DNA of 64,000 bases. Origin: a virus (taxonomy: Duplodnaviria > Caudoviricetes). The stretch covers positions 1-64,000 of IMG/VR virus record IMGVR_UViG_2920693923_000001; one strand, written 5' to 3'. This document shows, piece by piece, positions 9,548 through 22,600 of this stretch (position 1 is its first letter; every line of letters starts with the position of its first letter). Made by a program: the position numbers and the translations under genes. Below the pieces are notes generated by a model. It did not search any database. It saw only the letters and a program-made list of their open reading frames with translations, and had not been told where the DNA came from.

Positions 9548-12500
9548 CTATGCAAAAACAAAATTTAAGCACTGTAATTCGGCGTTATATTCTAACGTAA
9601 CGGCATCTCCAATCATTGCCTTATCTGCGCTTATTTGCCCCTCAGAAGCGATTCCTCCCTTTACTTTCAGTGCACCAGTAGTCTTGTTAGTTGAAGCTGT
9701 GGCAGATGAAATCATTGTTTCCTTCGAGAAGGTTTTTGCTCCTGATATGGTTTGTGTTGTATCTATTGTGACATATTTAGATGTAATTACATTACCCGCA
9801 CCATCTTGGGTTGTTTTAGTAGCCGAGGCTACTGATTGAGAACCAATATTTGCAGATGTAATTATAATATTACCATTATGAGTAAATCTATTTGAGCTTG
9901 TTGTTGTAAAATTAATACCCCAATAATTAGATATATTTAACCAATTATACCCATCATCAGCTCTATATGTACCAAGTCCGTACCAACTACAACCTGTAGA
10001 ATTGACACTAGTAGCCGAAGAAGTCCATCTGAGAACTTGAGCCGCAGATGATGAGACGATTGTACCAGTCATACTTCCACCAGTAAGAGGAAGATATGTT
10101 GAACTAATCACATTACCATTTCCATCTTGGGTTGCTTTAGTAGCAGAATCAGCAGAGGTAGCCTTAGTTGCGGTAGCGGCATTACCTGTAATATCAATAC
10201 CCCATGTGCCACTTGCACCTGTACCATCTTTCTTAGGAACATAATCAGTGTAATTATTACTTGATAAAACAGTCTTCCATGAACCATATACACCTGCTTT
10301 TTGACCACGCATTTGTAATTCTGGATTATCACTAGCAGACATAAACAACTGACCATCATATCCTGCTGTATTATCCCAATAGAAATGTAAAATATGTCCA
10401 TCAGCTTTTGGCTTATTTGCAGTCATTAAATTTGTTGCTTTAAATGTAGCTAATCCACCACTACCGGTAATGGTTATATTAGCATTTGTAGGACGATCAC
10501 TATACAAATTAGCTAATAAATTAGCCTTTAAAGCATTGCCACCAACACTATCACTTAGAGCATACTTCGTGCTTGAACTCAAAGCGTCAGTAATACCATA
10601 GCCACTTAGCGTAGTAGGATTAGTACCAGCCGTTACATGACCATAAGTGTCAACAGTAACAGATTTATATGTGCCAGCTTTCACACCACTTATATTGTGT
10701 GTAATCGCAACTGTCTTATCATCACCTATTGTAGCAGCTAATGCACCACTTGCAGTTACACCTGAGAAGTCAATTGTACCACCGCTAGAAACCTTGATAG
10801 AATCCAGTTTACTACGTTCCTTTTCGGTCATAAGACCAAGACCAGTCGAACCTATTGCAGTCTGAAGATTAGCCTTTGTAATAGTAATCGCATTGCTTAC
10901 ACATGAATAGTCCGTACCAGCAAGAGTCACCTTTGAAGCATAATTATGTGTATGACTTGATGAAGACGCTCCAATATCAGAGAGAGAAAATGATATGTCT
11001 GATGTGCCATCAAATGACTTCTTAGCTGAACCAATTGTAATATTTCGTGCAGTTGTCAGTTTACTTGCCGATAAAACATTCTTGGTTGAGTCAGCCGTAT
11101 TATCTACATTGCTAAGACCAACTTTAGATTTCGACAATGCAGGAATATCAGCTTCAACGAGTGTTCTAAATGTTGCCTTTCCATCTGATCCATTAGGAGC
11201 TGCAAGTACAGTATTTTTTGTTCGAGTACCTTGAGCCTCATAAACATAGTTTTTCCAATCAGATATATCACTCATTACATGCTTATGTGCTGAAGGCGTG
11301 AATGCATCTGGTTTACCTATAATTCCACTCCACGGAGCATTAGACGCTGTACCTTTAAGATTACCAATAAGTCCATTACTAAATCTAGCAACACCACTCA
11401 CAAGTAATGTTTCAGCAGTTAAGTCACTAACATCAACAGAACCACCAAACGTAACATTCTGAGTAACACTGTCAAAATCTTTTCTTAGATATGTATCTGA
11501 AATTGTGTTTCCATTTCCGTCCTTTATTGCCTTCGTTGCAGTTGCTACATTCAATGTTGATGGATTAACCCATGATGGAGCAGAAGTACCATTACTAGCA
11601 AGAACATAGCCCGAAGTTCCGAGAGATAACTGTGATAATGTACCACTTCCACTAGCATATACAATTCCATTTGTTGTCCATGAAGATTTGCCTGTGCCAC
11701 CATAAGCAACGCCCATAGTTCCAACTGTTAAATCAACCGAGCCATTCCATGACTTTCCATTAACACTCAATGTATGAGTAAGTTGATTCGCCTTACTAGC
11801 TGTAGCAGTGAGAGTACCATTAACAGTTAAATTACCTGTGACTGTACCACCTGAGATTGGGAGATATGTACTACCTACAGCATCCTTACGAGCATATTTA
11901 TCTGAAAGCTTTGTACCATTTTCATAAATAGTACCATCTTTATCTACCTTGAATAGATATTCCCAAGTAGACTGAGAAGAAGACGGATCTTTAACTCTAC
12001 GAATATACAAGAATTTATTATCCCATTCGTTCTTAGAGCCGAAGATAGGTTCAACCATACCCATATCATAGTATTTCTGTGTTTCTTTATCGAATACATA
12101 ATTGCCACCATTGATAGTTGTCCATCCCGATTGAATACCGAGACTACCATCTTGAGACATAAGATACCAATGACCAGCCGTAAGAGCAGCGTTACCCTTA
12201 GAAATCAATGCACTATATTCTACACCGTTCACAAGTGCATCATCTTTATTTCTTATATTATCAAACTCAGCAGAGCCAATATACCAGTTATTATTGGCAT
12301 CACCAAAGTAACCTGCATCAGCATTGACTGTACCTTGATAAAAAGCATTGCCAACTGAATCCAAATAAAATCCAGGTGTGTGAATTTCTCCATTAGACAA
12401 ATCAAAAAACGTACCAAGTGAACTATATGTTCCATCGTTACCAGCTACATAATTGTTTGACTTCAAGGCATCTGTTTTGAGCTTTCCACCTTCAATAATC

Positions 12501-15500
12501 GTTGCTGAACCATCAGGAGATTTGATGATGAACTGTTTTGTGATTGCCGCAACAGCAGAATCTGTAAGAGTGAGAGAGGTGGAAGATGAACCTGATTTTA
12601 CGAGCCATAAAAATTGATCCAAGGACTGTTGCGCCTTTGTTTCGGCTTCTTTTGCAGTTGTATTAGCTGAAGTAGCAGTGGTTAATGCATTAGACGCATT
12701 TGTATTAGCTGTATTAGCCTGTTTTCTTGCGACAGTAGAAATAGACAGAGCACTATTTAATCCATTAGATACGATAGGAGTAGTTATCTCTTGTGTATTG
12801 TCGTCATAAATAACAAGTGTTCTTGTCCATATATATTTTCCCTCTGACCATTCTGGTTCTTTATCCGACCAACCTTCATTTGGTTGTAAAACGTTGCTAT
12901 CAGAAATTGCATACTGAGGAGCAATAGATTTTACACCTTTACCCTTTACACCATTTTCACCTGGTTTACCATCTTGACCATTAGCACCTGATATACAAAT
13001 AGCTTTTGCTGTTTGAGAATTATCTGTTCTGTCCTTGTAGTATGTAATAACTTTCTGCCACACATATTTTCCACTTATCCATGTAACACTATTTGTTGTC
13101 CATTCGCCACCAACTAATTCTGTAGCAGAATCAGATTGGTAGAAATAGGTTGTTACATGATCAACACCTTTTTCGGCAAGTTCACGAATTTCATTTGTTT
13201 CAACCTTTAAATCTTCTGTAGCTTTGTTAGCTTTATCAGCAGATGCTTGTGCTTTATCGGCTGATTCCTGTGCTTTGTCTGCTGCTTGTTGAGCAAGTGC
13301 TACTAACTTCTGAGCTGTGTCAAGATCAATAATGACCTCTGATATAGTCTTTCCATCAGAGCCAACTTCCTCACCTGTAATTTTCAAATACCCACCGTTG
13401 ATAGTCAGACCATTCTCATCTATAACAATAGATTTGTCTTCATTGTAGATTTGAAGTTCCTTACCTATTATAAGATTACCAACTACAGTCTTAGCAATAA
13501 TGCCATAATCTTCAACAAGATTACCATCGATATCCCTATATGTAAAGCGTCCAACACCTGTTTCAATTGTCTCCCAACCATCTTTGGTGAGATATAATCC
13601 GTTGTTTACAATCTTTAACTGTTTTAACGAAAATTCATTATACACGTCATCCCAAGATCGAGCTAATAAACCATTTTTTGTAAGTGTTACTGTTTGCTCT
13701 TTAGAATTACTGAATGATATATTATCACCAAGTAATCCATTATTTGTCCAATCTGAAACTGTTTGTGTCGTACCTTTTGACTTATCCACTTGATCTTTGA
13801 CAGAAGAATAAGATGTAGACATAGATTTTGCTGACTGTAATACAGACTCTACATCTGAATAACCAGAATAGATTTTTTCTACAGTAGAAAATTCTACAGG
13901 TATTTCTGACAGATTATCGTAATCAACCTGATAAGAGAGCAGACGAAGCGAGTATACCTTCTCATCAATTCCGACTTTGATAAAATTACCAACTTCAAAT
14001 TTATCTACAATTGGTTTGAATTCTGGCAGAGCAAGTAGATTACCCATTGTTGTGTTAATGGAATACTGTAAGTTTCCTGCCTTATATAATTCTCTCTGCG
14101 CTGCCTTAAATAATTCTGTAGCTCTCTTAATAAGTTCCGTATTATTTAATCCAGTAGAAGAGTAGTTTGAATTATTATAATCATCTTCACGCCGATAAGA
14201 ATAGAATAAATTCCATAAGTCAGTACCGAGATATTTCTGTAAATCTAATTCTTTTTGGATTGACTGTTTCAAAGTTTGCAGAACACCAGTTGACTTGACT
14301 GGATCAAATATAGCTTTAACACTATTTAATTCGCTAGTTCTTGTTTTGATCTCATTATTGATCCACGTTAATCTGTTTGCGTAGAATTTTTGATACTTCT
14401 TTTTAAGCTCGCTGTTATTATATTGTACATCTACAGAATCTTCTGTAAATCCATTTGTTACTATATCTTGGCAAGCTTGGAATTCTGTATACATATTAGT
14501 AAGCTCAGTCAATGAATAATATGTCAATTCCTTTTTAAAATCTGTATCTGATAAATCAAAACTTGTAATCTGCTTATCTTTTAGCTTCTTTGATTCAGCA
14601 GTCATACGCTTAATTTTTTGCTCAATATATTTCTCGTTATTTTCTAGTACAGAACATGTAACATCAACAGATCCTGTCAGATATTCTTCATTTTCGTCCT
14701 GTTGAGTTAAACTTGTAATTGTAACAGTACAGGAATATGTTTTGGTTTTCGTGGAAGAGTTGTAAGCAGACAGCGATTTCGTTTCAACCGAAATATCATA
14801 ATATGCTGTGCTGCAAAATACTTGACATAATTTTTCCAATGTATTTCTTACTACACTGGATTCAATTGATGATACCTTCGTGACCGCAACTCCACCCAAT
14901 GCTTTGATGCCATTTTTTATTGATGTTAAACTATCCTGAACCCCTAGTCCATCTATATCAATTACTGGCATCATACTATCATTGATGTAGTAATATAAAT
15001 CAGTAGCATCATACCGAGCAGCGATGAGAGATGAATGACCAACAAGGGGATTAGCCAACTTATTAAAAGTAACTTTATCTTTATCATCATCTGCAACATT
15101 AGCAAATTTCTTGGTTATGGAAGTAACGACATTATTGTAGTTTGCAACTTTCGTAGAATCTAAAGCCATTTTTCTTGTTGTCTGAATTTCGTTATACAGT
15201 GTATCATATGACTTTAATTTATTTTTGAGATTGTCAGGCATATCTGATAAAACATCGTCAGAAAAGTAATAAATATACTGTGATCCATTTGGATTAATAT
15301 TACGAATAGTAGCATTCATTAAATCATCTGCACCAGTCACATAAAAGCAGTTCTTTAAAGAGTCTTGATTTGACTCCAAAGTAATACTTTTTGTTAAATT
15401 GGTACTGTTGATTAGTACATTTGTATCTTCGCCATATTTATTAATTACTTTTGTTGATCCGCACTCAGGACATGTATCAAGAAAATCTCCTCTGTATTTA

Positions 15501-16288
15501 CATGCAGTACATGTGCTATATAAATCATATACTGAAATAGTTCTTTGTTCAGAATTAAAAGAGAATAAACAATGATACGCTTCGGCAATATCATTTTTTA
15601 GTGCCGATAAGGTATCTGTTCCATCAAATGTGAATTCGTGTACTGTTGATAATTCTCTAAGAGTAGAATCCACATGAGCAATTGAATAATGTGGTGCTTT
15701 TTCTAATACACGATGCAGCAGAGAAGCATGTGTAAGAATATATTTCTTTCTGGCAATCACAGAAGCAGTTGTTGGATATGCTGTTTTATCTTTAAGATAA
15801 TCATATTTTGACTTTGCCCATATTTTTAAATTATCTTCTGAATCATAGTCATCAGGATCTCGATATAATACAGTTGGGAAGTTCTCATCGTACAAATCAT
15901 TTGTCATGTCAGTTTCCGTATTAATTTGTACTCCATGTAGATTAATATTCGATAATTCGGATTCACACAATGCTGTACCTGTAACAGATTTTGATAAATC
16001 ATCTGGATCTTCTTCATTCACCGAAACAGCAATTTGAAATCGTTCTTTCAGTTCAGGTATATATATAATTCTAAAATCCACTAACTGATCCCATAGTGGA
16101 TGTTTTATTCCATTGTTAAATTTATGTATTTTAAATGATATTTCATTTGCATCATTAAAATTGTTTTTATATGTTAAGCCAGAGACATTAGTAATTTCTC
16201 CATTACCGATTGTTTCAAAATTTTTGTGCTGTAATAGGAGAGTAGGAGTCTCTATTAAACCTTGGCTATTAAATAATACTTTCGCCAT
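9548..16288 (-). CDS. Large tail tip (Tal-like) protein fused to a long fibre
   Basis: 2246 aa downstream of the TMP; N-terminal tail hub/spike-like region, then coiled coil, collagen-like 'GANGQDGKPGENGVKGKG' and repeated 'ATKA.QDG.GN.I...Y' fibre motifs. Confidence 0.8.
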   Translation of the reverse strand: MAKVLFNSQGLIETPTLLLQHKNFETIGNGEITNVSGLTYKNNFNDANEISFKIHKFNNGIKHPLWDQLVDFRIIYIPELKERFQIAVSVNEEDPDDLSKSVTGTALCESELSNINLHGVQINTETDMTNDLYDENFPTVLYRDPDDYDSEDNLKIWAKSKYDYLKDKTAYPTTASVIARKKYILTHASLLHRVLEKAPHYSIAHVDSTLRELSTVHEFTFDGTDTLSALKNDIAEAYHCLFSFNSEQRTISVYDLYSTCTACKYRGDFLDTCPECGSTKVINKYGEDTNVLINSTNLTKSITLESNQDSLKNCFYVTGADDLMNATIRNINPNGSQYIYYFSDDVLSDMPDNLKNKLKSYDTLYNEIQTTRKMALDSTKVANYNNVVTSITKKFANVADDDKDKVTFNKLANPLVGHSSLIAARYDATDLYYYINDSMMPVIDIDGLGVQDSLTSIKNGIKALGGVAVTKVSSIESSVVRNTLEKLCQVFCSTAYYDISVETKSLSAYNSSTKTKTYSCTVTITSLTQQDENEEYLTGSVDVTCSVLENNEKYIEQKIKRMTAESKKLKDKQITSFDLSDTDFKKELTYYSLTELTNMYTEFQACQDIVTNGFTEDSVDVQYNNSELKKKYQKFYANRLTWINNEIKTRTSELNSVKAIFDPVKSTGVLQTLKQSIQKELDLQKYLGTDLWNLFYSYRREDDYNNSNYSSTGLNNTELIKRATELFKAAQRELYKAGNLQYSINTTMGNLLALPEFKPIVDKFEVGNFIKVGIDEKVYSLRLLSYQVDYDNLSEIPVEFSTVEKIYSGYSDVESVLQSAKSMSTSYSSVKDQVDKSKGTTQTVSDWTNNGLLGDNISFSNSKEQTVTLTKNGLLARSWDDVYNEFSLKQLKIVNNGLYLTKDGWETIETGVGRFTYRDIDGNLVEDYGIIAKTVVGNLIIGKELQIYNEDKSIVIDENGLTINGGYLKITGEEVGSDGKTISEVIIDLDTAQKLVALAQQAADKAQESADKAQASADKANKATEDLKVETNEIRELAEKGVDHVTTYFYQSDSATELVGGEWTTNSVTWISGKYVWQKVITYYKDRTDNSQTAKAICISGANGQDGKPGENGVKGKGVKSIAPQYAISDSNVLQPNEGWSDKEPEWSEGKYIWTRTLVIYDDNTQEITTPIVSNGLNSALSISTVARKQANTANTNASNALTTATSANTTAKEAETKAQQSLDQFLWLVKSGSSSTSLTLTDSAVAAITKQFIIKSPDGSATIIEGGKLKTDALKSNNYVAGNDGTYSSLGTFFDLSNGEIHTPGFYLDSVGNAFYQGTVNADAGYFGDANNNWYIGSAEFDNIRNKDDALVNGVEYSALISKGNAALTAGHWYLMSQDGSLGIQSGWTTINGGNYVFDKETQKYYDMGMVEPIFGSKNEWDNKFLYIRRVKDPSSSQSTWEYLFKVDKDGTIYENGTKLSDKYARKDAVGSTYLPISGGTVTGNLTVNGTLTATASKANQLTHTLSVNGKSWNGSVDLTVGTMGVAYGGTGKSSWTTNGIVYASGSGTLSQLSLGTSGYVLASNGTSAPSWVNPSTLNVATATKAIKDGNGNTISDTYLRKDFDSVTQNVTFGGSVDVSDLTAETLLVSGVARFSNGLIGNLKGTASNAPWSGIIGKPDAFTPSAHKHVMSDISDWKNYVYEAQGTRTKNTVLAAPNGSDGKATFRTLVEADIPALSKSKVGLSNVDNTADSTKNVLSASKLTTARNITIGSAKKSFDGTSDISFSLSDIGASSSSHTHNYASKVTLAGTDYSCVSNAITITKANLQTAIGSTGLGLMTEKERSKLDSIKVSSGGTIDFSGVTASGALAATIGDDKTVAITHNISGVKAGTYKSVTVDTYGHVTAGTNPTTLSGYGITDALSSSTKYALSDSVGGNALKANLLANLYSDRPTNANITITGSGGLATFKATNLMTANKPKADGHILHFYWDNTAGYDGQLFMSASDNPELQMRGQKAGVYGSWKTVLSSNNYTDYVPKKDGTGASGTWGIDITGNAATATKATSADSATKATQDGNGNVISSTYLPLTGGSMTGTIVSSSAAQVLRWTSSATSVNSTGCSWYGLGTYRADDGYNWLNISNYWGINFTTTSSNRFTHNGNIIITSANIGSQSVASATKTTQDGAGNVITSKYVTIDTTQTISGAKTFSKETMISSATASTNKTTGALKVKGGIASEGQISADKAMIGDAVTLEYNAELQCLNFVFA

Positions 16289-16314
16289 TTACAAAATGCC
16301 TCCTTATTTTAATT

Positions 16315-16575
16315 TTATTTATTATCCATTTCTTGATTCATCTGTTCGTGATATTCATTTGTGTCAAGTTGTAATTCATTTATCATGTGTTCGTAGTCAG
16401 TCTTGAGCTGTTTACACTCATCTAATAAGTCTTCATATTCTTCCTTCGCTACGAGAGTAGCTTCGATCTGTGTAGCGAATTTTCGCACATTATTTTCCCG
16501 TATATACTTACGCAATTCTTCATTTTCTGCCTTTAATTTTTCAATTTTCTTTGTCTTGGATGATTTATATCTCAC
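16315..16575 (-). CDS. Hypothetical coiled-coil protein
   Basis: 86-aa ORF with a GGAGG RBS. Confidence 0.6.
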   Translation of the reverse strand: MRYKSSKTKKIEKLKAENEELRKYIRENNVRKFATQIEATLVAKEEYEDLLDECKQLKTDYEHMINELQLDTNEYHEQMNQEMDNK

Positions 16576-16676
16576 AAATATCCACCTCCGATTTAATATG
16601 TTTTGATGAGAAAATAAGCATAATAAAAGAGAGGAATTGTGACATTCCTCCCTGTTACTATGTTCATATTTAATTT

Positions 16677-19600
16677 TTAGTATTTCCGTATTCCAAGTGA
16701 GTTGTGATTAGATGATAAAGATCCTACTGTAGTATCTTTAATCATATTACGAACTCCACCCGTATTATTTTTAATAGCGTCCTTCATAGAACTAGCAAAC
16801 TGCTGTGGATTCTGTACTCCTTCTAAGTTTACATCTCCAATGGTGATATTGATGTCATTATCCGTCCGATTCGTAACAGGCATATTTGGCATTCTAAATG
16901 CATTACCAGTATACATATTACTAAACATCATAGGATTCTTTGCAAAATCCATCAATGTCTTAGCTTGTTCAGCAGTGAATATCATATCATTCTGACCAAC
17001 AGATTTCAGTACACCCTTAGACACATCATACTGTAACTCTGTACCGTCTTCACCGAGATTAGCAATCATATCATAAGGAATACTCTCTGAACCACGTCTG
17101 AATCCTTTAATACCAGATTTGTGAAGTGTCTGCCAGAAAGCAGAAGTAGACTTATTTGAGAATACATAACCAGTCAAATTGGCAAGATGTTGCAATGCTT
17201 CCCTTGACAGAATCTTACCAGTTTTACCACCATACGATTTCCATATAGCTTGATTAAAAGCATCATAATCAGATATTTTTTTACCCTTGGCAGGATTAAT
17301 TAAATTGCTATTTATGAAATTCTGAATCTCACGTATCCTGTACTCTGACAACTTTTTACCTGCATCTGTTTTAGAACTTGTCGTTTTTGAAGTAGATTTG
17401 TTTTTAGAGCCATTTCCCCCATCAGAAGATGATGTTCCAACAGAAGAATTACCAGACTTGTTCCCTTTAAGCTCTTTAATCTGATCTTGTAAATTTTTAA
17501 TGCGATTCTCAACATCCTGTTTCTGTGCTTTTGATGTTACCTTTTCTTCTTTTAGTGTTTTAATCTGCTGATTTAATGCATCTATCTGTTCCTGTTTCTG
17601 TTTCAGTTCTTTTTCTTTTTCACTTGTTGTCTGTGAATCATGAGCCGTTTTATTATACTTTGCCCATGCCTTTTCTAAGAAGATTCTAACTCCATTAACC
17701 GCATCCGTTGTATTCTTGGTAACATCTCCGTCAGAAAATACTTTAAGTCCTTCTTTTTGAGCACTATATCCAATAGCAGTCAATGTTTTGTTAATGACAT
17801 TATTATCACTTGACCAATTAGCATTGATAGCATTCACAACATCTTTGAATTTATCATCCAACGTGTCAATGATATTCTGGATACTTTCATCCAGATCATC
17901 CTGAAAATCTGAGAGCATATCCTGTGTAGCAGAAACATACTGGTCAAACTGCGTATCTTTAAGATCTTTCTCAGCATCTTTGAGTGAAACATTTAATTCC
18001 TGAACTTTTGCTCTTGCTTCTTCAGAAAAATCACCAGAATATGCCTGAAGTTGCTTATGGATATTAGCAATCTGCTGAGCCTTATCACTAATATTGTTTG
18101 CATAATCATAGGCATTCTTTTCAGAACTAATGAAATCATTATATTGGTCGATCAAATCAGAAATATGATTCTTGAGCGAAGTGTAGCCATTTTCTATGAG
18201 ATCAAATACAGCCCACTTTTCATCTTGTGCCCCTGCAATTGCATCCTGATATGATTTAACCAATTCTTCTTTGTGGGCGATCAGTTTTTGATTATACGGA
18301 TCATTTGCAAGCTGTTTATTGATCTTCTTAATTTCACTTTGATACTTTTTAGCTTCCGTCTGGTAGACTTTGTAGTTAGATACATGTAATCCGGCAACAG
18401 CGTTACCTTCTTTTGTTAAGCCACCAGTCTTATCGGATGTCAAATCCTTACGAGACAATTCATTGATAACGAAGTCAGTCTCTGTTGTAAGATTCTGTAA
18501 CTTAGAAACATATTCATCTACACGATCCCAATGTACCTGTAAAATCTGGTTATTATATTCGGCAAGTGCCTTTTTCGCATCATTAATAGAATTGGTTGTG
18601 TCGTCAATTTGCGACTTCATATCATACCATTCTGTACTTCCTTTTTTGATGCTTCCATTAGCTACACTGTCGTCTAATTCTTTAATCTGTTTCTTACGTT
18701 TTTCTATAAGAGAATCGTATTCTTTCTGTTCGGTCTTTTGTAAACGAACATACCAATTAGCAGAAGCTCCATTGCCACGCTCCTCATATAAAGACATTTT
18801 GGCATTTAACTCTGTAGCAGTTTGTTCATATTTATGACGTTTGTTATCCATCTCTGTCGAGATATTGGAGAACTTCTGCTGTGCCAATTCCGCTTTCTGT
18901 GCAATAGCGGTCTGCTTATCTATTTCAGCCTGTTTTCTTGCCTGATCTAATGACTCACGAGCATTATTATAACGGATACAAGATTCATAAAATGGACGAG
19001 AAATATATCCCTTTTTATAGTATTCTGTGATCTTAGATATTAATGATGCAGAAATTGGTTTCTTAGATTTTGCCTGCGAACGTGCCTTTTCAACTACATT
19101 TGATACTGCTTTCTGACCTTTGCTTCCCAACCCTTTATAAGCCGTTGCCGTTGCAGACTTATTCATAGTCTTTCTTGCAGATTTTACAGATGAAGCATAT
19201 TGATTAATTTCAGCTTGATTATTCTTAGCAATTGTATCATAGCCAGAAGCTTGTTTATTAAGATACTTGTTCTTTATCTTTGCTGTAACAGCATTGTCAG
19301 ACTTCGAACTATTGAGATCCATAGCATCATTTGTTGCATCGTCTTTGTTACTATACTTCTCTGTAATATTCTTAATCGCATCGGTGTAATTACTAGAGTA
19401 AGCTGTTGCGTATTCCATCCTAGCAGTTTCAGCATTATCAAGAGCTACATTGTATGCATATAACCGATTATACACATAAGTAGAATGTGCACTGATTGTA
19501 GATAAATCCGCATCAGATACAGCAGTCTTGTTTTTAATCGCTTTCTGAGCATTCAACAGAGCAGTGCGATATTTAGCATCTTTCGTTCCTTTAATAGCAT

Positions 19601-22600
19601 TAGTAACTGAGCCATTTGCCGATGCAGCCACCCCATTTGTATCACGGGTTACATTTTGCACATAGTCACGATATACTGAATTCTGTTTGCCAAGAGAAGA
19701 ATTAGAAGCATTAAGCTGTGAATTTTTTGCTCTGGCTGAATTAGCCACTGTACTTGTCGCAATATCATTATATCCTGTAATTGAATCGATTTTAGCGTCA
19801 CGCTGTTTATCACGGACATCTTTCAAATCTTGAATATATGTACGGATATTTTTGTGCAGTTCTTCTAATGCGTCAGAAGCATCCTTGCCTTTGTTATACC
19901 ATTCCTGATAAGCGGAGATAACTTCCCGAATCTCATCTGAGTATTCTGAAATATTCATGCTACCATCCGCAACACGAGTCGCAATAATATCGGCTGTTTT
20001 CTGTGAGATAACTTCACCTGCTACAGCTTTATCCAGAATTTGACTTGCCTGTGCATAGTATTTATCTCTAGCAGTTTCCTCGTAGCCAACCTGCACATTT
20101 GTTGCGTCTATAGCATTACTATAATTCTTAGCAGAGGATGAATACTTCTTATCGTCTAACTGGGATTCAGCCTTAGAAATGTATTTACTAATCTTATCTG
20201 TTTGGCGTTCCAGTTTGATTTCTATCCAGTCGAAGAGAGTAGAGAGCCAATCTTGAAGTTTTTCAAGTGGGGTTTTCTTTTTGGTGGACGAACCTGAACC
20301 GCCACCGCCTCCATTTGAACCAGATCCACCAACACTAGGCGTTGTATTAACTTTCTGTTCAATATTGACTTTAGTAAGATTTTTCATGGCAGCAAAAGAG
20401 TTATCCAACGCTTCCTGTTTTCGAATGGCTTCTTGAGAATTATTTGCTTTAATATTACCATTGTCGTCTAATACAGAACTTTTGATGCTTTGATATGCTC
20501 GAATCGCTTGTGTAGCTAGATCTAATCCTTCACATAAAGCAAGAAGATTTTGAATATCTCCATCTGTCGTTAATGTAGGATTGTTTAATTTCTTTAATGC
20601 AAGCAAAGCAAGACCCTGTGCACTTACACCAGATTGCTGTGCTTCTTTTGCTAATTCAGCTATTTCACTTACTGTAGCATTGGCAAACAAATCCGTTGCA
20701 TTTTCAGCAGTGATTTTTACACCATTTAAATTTAACCCAGCTTTGATTGCTTCTTCAGTTGCAACTTTTTCTTCACCAAGATTTTTTGCAAGAGCTGCTT
20801 CAACAACAGCGGTCGCATTTGTGATTCCCATTTTAGATAATTGTGCTTCATAATAGTCTCTGTTCGAATCATTCAACAAAGAGAGAGTCGCATTCTCATT
20901 AACATACTCGGTTGCAAGTTTATTTGCAGCTTCCTGACATTCAGCCATGGACGAAGAGGAGTCACCAAGTAATTTTGTGAATTCATCCCATGAATCTAAT
21001 CCCTTGATTGTAGCATCGAATCCTGTGAAGTCATCTACGCTAACGATACCGTCAGATAATTTTGTTCCCAGAGCACCAGTAATATCCTGAATGTTCTTAC
21101 TCATCTGTCCAAGCTGAGAATTTTTATCGGATAGGCTGTTGATGTATTTAACTGCCTCTTCGGCAGACATACTTAAACCGTCAAAATAATTCTTTGCTCC
21201 ATCAGTCTCAGAAAATGTCTTGATCGTAAGTTCTCCCTTATCTGCTAAAGCAGTCAGAGCATCGGCTACTCCTTTTGTAGAATCATCAGTAGAAGCTTTA
21301 AGCTGTTTCCATGCCTCTGCCATAGTAGTAATCGTTTTTCCATCAGAAAAATCATTAACTGAATCAGACGCATCTTGTGCTTCAGTCGAAACACTATTAA
21401 ATGCTAATGCAATACCATCAAGATTGTCTGCTGAGTCAATTACCCCAATTTCAACCAATTTATTTATAAAATCTGTGTATGTAGGATCATCAAGCATTTC
21501 TGCTGTAACTTTTCCTTCTTTGCCTAAATCTTGAAGTCCTTGGACGGTATCATTAAACTGCCAGTTGTCTACAACTCTATTAAAAGCATTCTGTTTAGCA
21601 TTATTTCCATCAAGTTCAATAGCTAATCTATCCTGAAAATCAGATATATAATCCAACCACTCATTAACTTTTTTTTCATCATCAGTTTTTGGATTTTCAA
21701 TATACGAAATATCTTCAGAATCTTTAGTCCACTCAGAATTTTTATCTTGCAAATACTTGTCGATTTCATCTATTTGTTTTTGTATAGATTCTTCTTCTTT
21801 TTTTGTAGAAGCATTAGATAATTGGTCAATTAACTTTTCTCTTTTTGTAAATTGTGCCTCAATATATCCAGTTTCATCAGTTAGATAATTATCATCTATG
21901 CCATATTGTCCTGCATTTTTTCCATCTGGATTAACTTCGTATTCGAAAGGATCTTCTGTATCTTTTTCCATAACATGAACAAAAGCTTGATTTGCCTCTT
22001 CTTGTTTTTTCTTTTTTTCTAATTCTAGCAAATCAATTTTTCTTTGTAGTTCATTATTTATTTTTACAAGATTATCATATTCATTTTTTTCTGTAAATGT
22101 GAGTTTGTCTTTCCCTTCTAACTCTTTCATTCTGTCTTGAGTAGTTTTTAATTCTTCATTTACAGACTGTAATTCTGAAACTACATCATCACATTCTTGC
22201 TTTACGTCTTCTAGTTTTTCCCTCGCATTTTCAAGCGTATCTCCATATTTACTATAAGCAGTAGCAATACCAACAACAGCAACCCCGATAGCTGTTAATA
22301 TAGCACCAATTGGATGTGCTGTAATTATCGCCCATAATTTTGCGAAAGAAGCTGTTAATAAATTTGTAATACCAATACTTGCTGTTTCGGCAGTATTTAA
22401 GCCAAGAATGGAAGCGATTTCGGCATCTGTTGCACCTGCTTGTTTTAATGTAGCTACAGTGAGTTGTTTCTTCGATATAACCTGTCCTTCTTCAGTTGCG
22501 ATTAACCCAAGATTACTAGCAATTTCTTTTGCTCTCTCTACTGTTAAACCTTTTCTTTGTGCTAATTCTATTACTTCTTGACCATTTAAAGCAACAGTAG

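Noticed and set aside
3166-16288. Diversity-generating retroelement or shufflon acting on tail fibres
   Set aside because: No reverse transcriptase, no adenine-specific template/variable repeat pair and no inverted cassettes were seen; the repeats are diverged protein-level duplications
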